From assembly GCA_951406725.2 (NCBI GenBank), contig OX597815.1:64170001-64234000 (forward strand): DNA of 64,000 nt. The letters run 5' to 3'. Made by a program: the position numbers and the translations under genes. This document shows, in pieces, positions 56,582 through 64,000 of this stretch. The stretch's first letter is position 1. Every line of letters starts with the position of its first letter. The stretch comes from Octopus vulgaris. Taxonomy: Eukaryota. Under the pieces are notes generated by a model. That model ran no database searches and had not been told where the DNA came from. It worked only from the letters and a program-made list of their open reading frames with translations.

Positions 56582-57029
56582 GTGTGTGTGTGTGTGTGTT
56601 TGTGTACATGTGTAAACAGGATAAAGAGAACTCAAAACATGAATATATATGTGTATATATATATTATTTACATACACGTGGTAGGCTGCGCGTGTTTGTG
56701 CGTATGTGTATATGTGTATACGTGTATGTGTGTGTGTGTGTGTGTATGTGTGTGTGTGTATGCCTATGTGCATGATAACAAATGATTAACAGAAAGAATA
56801 CATACACAAATTTATGAACATATGCAGAATCGTGTGTAGAAATATATACACAAAATTGTACATATACACGTGAAACTGCGTATTTTAGCGCGCTCATATA
56901 CGCTAAGACGAACTGTCAAGTGCACACGTAGACATATTATTTTAATGATTTATTCATAAAATTCAAATTTAATAACAGAATGACCACAATTCTAGAGTTG
57001 TTCTTCCTTGCAGTGTATATTTATATGTT

Positions 57030-57139
57030 TACTGCAAAAAAAGGGGAACCACTTTTCGGAGGATTATGAACTTATTTCCGAGGTAAAGTCTTGGCTCCAG
57101 ACACAACCTACAGCCTTCTACAGACAAGGTCTTCATAGC

Positions 57140-57143
<4 letters not shown>
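57030..57143 (+). pseudogene. mariner transposase C-terminal fragment
   Basis: KGNHFSEDYELISEVKSWLQTQPTAFYRQGLHS. Confidence 0.7.
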
Positions 57144-57171
<28 letters not shown>

Positions 57172-57178
<7 letters not shown>

Positions 57179-57356
57179 TTCGTTGCGTCTTGCAACCTTT
57201 TCAATAGTCTTGACTCTGAGAGTCAAGACTATTGAAAAGGTTGCAAGACGCAACGAAAATTTTAGAAAATAAAAATAAGAAATAAGTGGAAATTTTACTG
57301 GTGAGTATGTTAAATAATAAGGCACTAAAAGAGAATGACTCTCCCTAGACACAACA

Positions 57357-57360
<4 letters not shown>
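57172..57360. mobile_element. (TA)n-flanked element with a perfect 46-bp palindrome and an intact U3-A8 HHR motif (57229-57265, +)
   Basis: cta TTGAAAA G GTTGC aagac GCAAC GAAA AT TT tag; arms 57172-57217 and 57219-57264; same family as 45611-45895. Confidence 0.85.
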
Positions 57361-57394
<34 letters not shown>

Positions 57395-57405
57395 ATATAT
57401 ATATT

Positions 57406-57597
57406 GAATCGTTAGCACGCCGGAAGAAATACTTAGCAGCTTTTCGTCTGTCTTTACGTTATGAATTCAAATTCCGCCGAGTACGACATTGCCTTCCATC
57501 CTTTCGAGATCGATAAATTAAGTACCAGTGCTTCACTGGGATCAATGTAACTGACGAGCCTCCAATTTCAGACCTTTTGCCTTTAGTAGAAAGTATA
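57406..57597 (+). mobile_element. SINE family A
   Basis: gaatcgttagcacgccgg...gccttccatcctttcgagatcgataaattaagtaccagt. Confidence 0.8.
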
Positions 57598-57929
57598 TAT
57601 TTTGAGACCTTCTGTGACGGTTTTCCATCCGTTTGTGCACTCACTATACGTTTTTCCGTTCGTCTGAGCACTTATCATTCGCTTTTTACTTTTAGTTTGT
57701 GCCCAAAAGTAGTCTTGTTCCGCCTTGGTAGCATCTTGAAGTCTATATTCCTGAACTAAAATTTAATAAACATATTTGACATTCAATTACTTTGCATTGG
57801 GCCCTTAACTCTTCATGGAGTCGTAGGGGCGCCGTCATGACGGACTTTGAACACACAGCCTCAGCGCCTGAATGGTTACCACAAAGCAATCAATTCGACG
57901 CTCTAACGACTTTGCCAGTTTGCAGTGTG

Positions 57930-58130
57930 TGACTTACAACCATGGGCTTCCAAATGCTTTTCCTGCTGTTTTATATTAATTCCAAAGACTCTGCACATCT
58001 AATGCCACTTCCACTTGTCTTCATTTCTTCAATACTTTCATTTCAAACACACTTTACTGCATATTAATGATGTTACGCCAATTGTTCCATGCAAGCCTTC
58101 TTAATGCTCACTCATCCGTGTTTATTTTTA
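57930..58130 (-). pseudogene. Possible decayed RTE-like RT C-terminal fragment
   Basis: Minus-strand VFEMKVLKK-like motif followed by a W-rich stretch. Confidence 0.3.
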
Positions 58131-58372
58131 AAATTTAATTTGTCATACACTTCTTATTAGAAAGGTTTCATAGTTTTACAGCTTAACTTGAACGTAATTC
58201 GCCGATAGTCTTTAATTCTCCCGCGGTCTGTCTGAACTAAACTACGTTAGGTATTTTTTCATGAACTGACCATTCCACACACATACTTGTAATTTGCTAA
58301 AACTACAGGTATTAAAAAGATAAATTAAACTAAAATAAATCATCATCATCATCATTATTATCAACAACAACA

Positions 58373-58700
58373 AAGGCGTCAAGCTGGTAGAAGCTTTGAG
58401 TGTAGAAAAATGTTTTGCGGAATTTCTCCCTGTTGTATATTCTTAGTTCAAATCACACGGAGGTCAAATATAGTGATTTTAGAGTCGATAAAATGCAGTA
58501 TCAGTCAAGTACTGTGATCGATTGTATCGACTAACCTCTTCTCAAAAATAGCTGGTCTTGTACCTTTATGGTTATTACTTAAGACGGCGAACTGGCAGAG
58601 TTAAGTACTGGGGTTAATGTAATTGGACTACTGTCTTCCCTCAAAACTACTCGACCGTGCCAATAATTTGCCAATAATTAGAAAGAATTATCATTATTAT
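58373..58700 (+). mobile_element. Two decayed SINE family A copies, the second internally deleted
   Basis: aaggcgtcaagctggtagaa...gtcgataaaatgcagtatcagtc; aagacggcgaactggcagag-ttaagtactgggg. Confidence 0.6.
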
Positions 58701-60159
58701 CTGCTGCTGACTCTCTCATTTTGTTGTAAAAGCTTTCTCCATCGTTCCATATGTTTTTCGAATGTGAGGAAACTGATTTTCAGTCTGACTATTATTCAAT
58801 GAAGTGCATTCATTGATCCTTTTGGAATGTCTACCACGTACCGAGGTGATAAAATAAGGTCAGTTTATTTTCTGTTTTTTTTTTTAATATTTCTATTTCC
58901 TGTTTATTACATCGTTTAACTCCAAGACAAAAATAACTTCATGTTATATTGGAACCGCACCGATAAACTGCATTGAATAAAGCGACACACTTGAATACAC
59001 AAATAATCGCAACAAAGTTTTTGAAAATTACTATTTCAAGAAGAAAAGTAGCAAAACTAACTACACAATTAACAGCAACATCAATAATAATAAACATAGT
59101 TTGTCAAACGAAAGTTCGCAAACACTAACCACATCCCATATTCTGCAAGTGAACTTTCTAATAAGCAAACTTTGGATATGTAACACTTTCCTGAAAGCAC
59201 CAAAGCATGGCAGGATTTGGTTCGCAGGTCAAGCGCCTCTCTGCTTGACATTATCAAATAGTCATGCAAGAGGATGTGTGTATCTGTGCCTTGCCAAAGC
59301 CATAAAGTTTTCCTTTTTTTCATCCAAGGAAGACCTGGAGAACGCCCTGGCAAACATGTTAAGAAAATTTTACTTATTTGGAGTGAACGTGGGTGTATGG
59401 TTCTATATAAACCATCTTCAAAACCACAAAAGTCAAAAACGTATGAAGAACAGCAGCCAGTAACCTAGAGGAATACTAAGGTCACAATCAAAGCAATGGT
59501 GAGAGCATTAACCTTGGAGCGTGGTAATTCTGTATCACAATATGAGTAGGTGGTCAGGTGTGACGTAAATTTCATCGATGTGTAGATGCGGAGGTATAAG
59601 GCCACATGACTCGGTAGTACTACAAAATTGTACCAGAATTTTCCTCTGTAAAGGGTACTGAGAGAAAGGCCTTAAAACTCGACTTCAAGGGCAGGTAACT
59701 CAGCTGCTGCATGTGTGGCAGTAAAAGTCATTCAAGTGCTTTACCACCCAACATCTTAAAATAACAAACGGAACGTTGCTGGTTTTGGAGTAGATATCGC
59801 AACGCCAGACAGCTCACGGTCCAGCTCTGGCGCTGTCAGATTTAGCCATTCCTCATTACCAGGAGATAAACAAGAGATTCAAGTACTGCTTTTCAGTTAC
59901 AGTCAACGAAGACATTGAGAGCCATTCAAAACATAAACAACAACCGGAAGTGGTTAATGGAGGCGTTGACATCGGGGATGATAGCTCTGACTTTTTAAGG
60001 CCTTCACAGCAGTAGATTACATTCTTCCATTATGTCTGAAAATAAATGCTTATTTTCAGACATAATGGAAGAATGTAATCTAGCGTAATCTCAATTTGTT
60101 ATAAGGGAGGTCACATTGGTTTTTGTTTTATGCATGAACTGTTGCTTTGATGATTTCTT

Positions 60160-60392
60160 ATTTTTTTACTGCCCACAAGGGGCTAAACATAGAGGGGACA
60201 AACAAAGACGGACAAAGGGATTAAGTCGATTACATCGACCCCAGTGCGTAACTGGTACTTAATTTATTTACCCCGAAAGGATGAAAGGCAAAGTCAACCT
60301 CGGCGGAATTTGAACTCAGAACGTAACGGCAGACGAAATACGGCTACGCATTTCGCCCGGCGTGCTAATGTTTCTGCCAGCTCGCCGCCTTA
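60160..60392 (-). mobile_element. SINE family A, young full-length copy
   Basis: Minus strand aaggcggcgagctggcagaaacattagcacgccgggcgaaatg...ccccttgtgggcagtaaaaaaataag; same tail as the 12379 copy. Confidence 0.9.
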
Positions 60393-60990
60393 ATGCTTTG
60401 ATGATTTCTACGAAGCATTGATATAAACCACTTAATGACACTTTCGAAGAGGAATTAAAGTTCGAAACATGACATCTATACTATAATGGAGAAAGCTACT
60501 TATTAATTAGGCATGTAACAATTTATAATAGTATTAAAAGAAAGCAATTATTAAAGGGCTGACCGTCTGGAAATATTTTTATAAATTTGTATTCTAAAAA
60601 TTTCCTATAATTTCGATTTCTCAAATGTTTTAACTCCAATTTCTCGCAAATTTAAATATTCATCGCATTCATTGCGGAGTATTCCATTTTCATTTGCAAA
60701 GTCTCTCACTTACCCTTTGAGTTTTAATTAGCTATTTGGAAAAACCGACAGTTTATTCTATTAATGTATACGAATGTAAAAACATTCATTGAATCAATTT
60801 TTTTTTCAAATACTTGTATAATTTTTGATAGCTTGTGAGAAGAGCCTAGAAAGTTGAGTAATTACTATTATAAGACGAGGAGAAAAAGTTACCAACAAGT
60901 ACTCGAAACTTGCACCTTATTCACAGTTTCCAAACACTCTGTACCAAGCCAATACATACACAAACAAGTTGCACGAGCGATTTTAACAGT

Positions 60991-61037
<47 letters not shown>

Positions 61038-61189
61038 ACTCGCGCACACACACCAATACACACTCGCGCACACACATAGATACACATACACACAAATGAA
61101 AGGCAATGAATGTGTGTGTGTGTGTATGTGCGTGTGTGTGTGTGTGTGCTCACTGACAAAACTTCGTGCTGCATCACTTTTAAGAAGTT

Positions 61190-61236
61190 TGTCAGTGAAC
61201 AGGTCGCGGTCTGAAAGCGACGAAAACATTTTGACA
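61190..61236 (+). ncRNA. Minimal hammerhead ribozyme motif, G3-C8 variant
   Basis: tgtca GTGAACA G GTCGC ggtctgaaa GCGAC GAAA ACAT TT tgaca; preceded by an inverted copy of its own 5' end (61150-61165). Confidence 0.65.
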
Positions 61237-61266
61237 CAAATGAAATTTTAATGTTGAAGTGTAACT

Positions 61267-61534
61267 GGCACTACTTAAATACAGAGGTCTTTTAACGGTA
61301 ATATTTAAATACAGAGGCACTACTTAAATACGGGTGTTACGTACAAAGCATTTTAAATGTATGCTGTGTGGGCGTGTAATGGCATCCTAGCCCTAACTAT
61401 AACCCTAACCCCAAGTAAGCCTAAAACTAACCCTAACACTAAAAACTACACTAGAACTAAACTCCCTTCATATCGTTTCGTAGATGTATCGGAACTTCTG
61501 CATTTAAGCGGTACCTCTGTATGTAACTAGTGCC
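61267..61534. mobile_element. Merlin-like MITE (268 bp) with internal telomere-like TAACCC repeats
   Basis: 22-bp TIR ggcactacttaaatacagaggt / acctctgtatgtaactagtgcc; 8-bp TSD gtgtaact / gtgaaact (7 of 8 match); GG termini. Confidence 0.75.
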
Positions 61535-62513
61535 GTGAAACTAACAGTTTTTGTGTATTCTTGATTGGCTTACAAATATCTTCCACGCTGAAATTGTTTG
61601 TTTCAGCACACGATCTCAGATCAAGTCACTTGCTATGCAAGTTCATCTCGGTAATATTTTAAATCACTGTAGATAAATGTCAGCAATGGCCTTCTCAGGC
61701 CCTCCAGTATTTTAGCTTCTAAACAGAAACAATTAAGGGCAGGGACTGGGGTTGCAAAACATTCATTATTTCTTAAATTCTCTTTTTTATAGCATATAAA
61801 TGTATTTATGGGGGAAATTATAGAAAAAACATCAATACATGCGAGAGGGATAAAGAAATGAGGAGGGTTGTCTTTGGATGTGCTAGAAGCAACAATCAAA
61901 TCGCCCTTAAATCACTGTTTTCTCTCTGAAAATATTAACAATTTTTTATCATTTTTTTTTAACGAACATGCTCTTCCGTTAGTTTTGCAGTGCAAAAAAA
62001 ATCGGTCAGAATAGGTCCGGAGTGGATGATAAGGTGGGGAGGGTAAAAAAAGAGTTTTTAAAACTTTTTTCATAGAAAGATGCCACCACCCCCGGCAACC
62101 CTATCATTTCGAAGGCTGTGGCTTAAAAAAAAATGGAGAAAATCCCAGTAAATATTTTCTCCACAAATTTCTCTGTAATCGTAATCTATGCTGTTTGAAA
62201 GGGATTAGTATAAATTTTCTTTAATAGATACCCATCTTCCTGAAAGTTATGAGGGAAAAATGTCAGATCGTGTGAATTTTCCGAAACTCTTCTCTCCACC
62301 ACCTCGGAAAAAATTATTTCCCATAAATTTCTATATACTCTGAAGCCACAACATCTAAGCGGTATTTGTAGAAAATTTTGTTAAAAAGTATCTATTTTTC
62401 TGAATTCCATGAAGCAACAAAGTCGGGGCATATACATCTGTAGTAATGCCATTTTACTTATACGATTTTTTCAATTCATGTTTATTTCATTCATTGTATG
62501 CAATGTTCTCTCT

Positions 62514-62626
<113 letters not shown>

Positions 62627-63100
62627 AAGCTTACAGATGGACTGCTGAACTGAAATCTCTATGTTGCTTTGAGGGGAAGGTAAACTTGACAAACTGCTTC
62701 CTCTTTGTTGTTGGACTACGGTTATGTTTGTTTAAAAAAAGAGAGATTGTGACTGTGTTAAAATAATGAAAGTAATATTTACCTAAGAAAGTGAGCACTT
62801 TTATACAAAGAATTAAGTATACGTAATATATAAAAATTATTAGAATTGAGAATCAAATGTGAAAATATTATCAAGGGACCAGCAAAAAAACCGCCCGGCG
62901 GGCAGTCTTTCTGCTACTATAGATTAATAGTGCTAAAGTCATGAATAGATTAAGAGTGGGGAAATAATAATAGCACAACGAGAAACTGGCGCTATGGTTT
63001 CAATTCCATTCCAGCTGTGGAAAACTACTTTTAATTACATAATTCTTATTGAAAAAATATATATAATGTATACTCATCCGTTGAAAATAATATATGTTTG

Positions 63101-63200
63101 NNNNNNNNNNNNNNNNNNNNNNNNNNNNNNNNNNNNNNNNNNNNNNNNNNNNNNNNNNNNNNNNNNNNNNNNNNNNNNNNNNNNNNNNNNNNNNNNNNNN
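63101..63200. other. Assembly gap (100 N)
   Basis: Run of n. Confidence 1.
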
Positions 63201-63950
63201 TGTGTTTGTATGAGATTGATGGCGCCTATGCATGTGTATATATATATACACACACACACACATATATATATAGTATGCGTGTGTATGTATGTATACACAC
63301 ACATATATACATATATATATGTATATATTCTTGTATATCTGTGTGCTGTGTGTGTAAAAGTGTATATGAGCATGAGTGTGTTTGGGTGTACTACAAATAC
63401 ATATGCATACGTGTCTACACATATACGATGACATACATGTCCAGAGGTGAATATGTCAAGGCTTTTCTCCACCATAGCGAATCAGTGATCCAGAAAGCGG
63501 ATGTGACACTGTCTGTGCGTAAAATAGACTTAAAAATCATCACAATGGCTGCATACAAACCGGAAGCCAACCGATATACAATATTTTGACATTTTTCACT
63601 TAGAACGGAAGAAGAAAATTTCAGAATGATAATTAGAACACGTTTACGAGAAATTTGTTATGTTTCTGTAGACTTTTCTGTAAGTGGTGAGGAACAAAGC
63701 TTGGCTTTTGTTCAAGAATTAAAGCCAACAGCTTCAGGAAACTCTCTCTCTCCGCTCCTAATCTCTATTTATCTCTCACCAACAGTTCTGTTCTTCATTA
63801 TATGCTGTCTATAATGTTCTTTCGTATGCATGTATGTATGTATGTATGTATGTATGTATGTATGTATGTATGTATGTATGTATGTATGTATGCATGTATG
63901 CATGTATCATGTATGTATGCATGTATGTTTGTATGTGTGAGTGTGTTTGC

Positions 63951-63995
<45 letters not shown>

Positions 63996-64000
63996 GCATG

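Noticed and set aside
61385-61460. Telomere or chromosome-fusion remnant
   Set aside because: Few degenerate units, and they lie inside a TIR/TSD-bounded MITE.

Overview
AT-rich, microsatellite-saturated eukaryotic non-coding DNA. The repeat families look like those of an octopus or other coleoid cephalopod (inference from recalled repeat sequences, not checked). No host gene can be supported, and nearly all track ORFs are translations of (TA)n, (CA)n, (TACA)n or (TAA)n. The recognisable content is a layer of mobile elements: a nearly intact R4/Dong-type RLE non-LTR retrotransposon with one in-frame stop, plus truncated relatives, all inside (TAA)n arrays; a decayed Ty3/Gypsy gag-pol; several Tc1/mariner fossils (DD34D, DD37D, DD41D types); CR1 and RTE fragments; a Merlin-like MITE; and many tRNA-type SINEs. 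The main finding, invisible in the ORF track, is about 20 minimal type I hammerhead ribozyme (HHR) motifs read by eye. They sit in short, non-coding, Penelope- or retrozyme-like elements, mostly bounded by (TA)n or (CA)n. These occur either as head-to-head foldbacks or as ~400-500 bp partial tandem units whose 5' end lies next to the predicted cleavage site. The catalytic cores show compensatory covariation at the 3-8 tertiary pair: C3-G8, U3-A8 and G3-C8 are all present. Ribozyme activity is predicted, not demonstrated.
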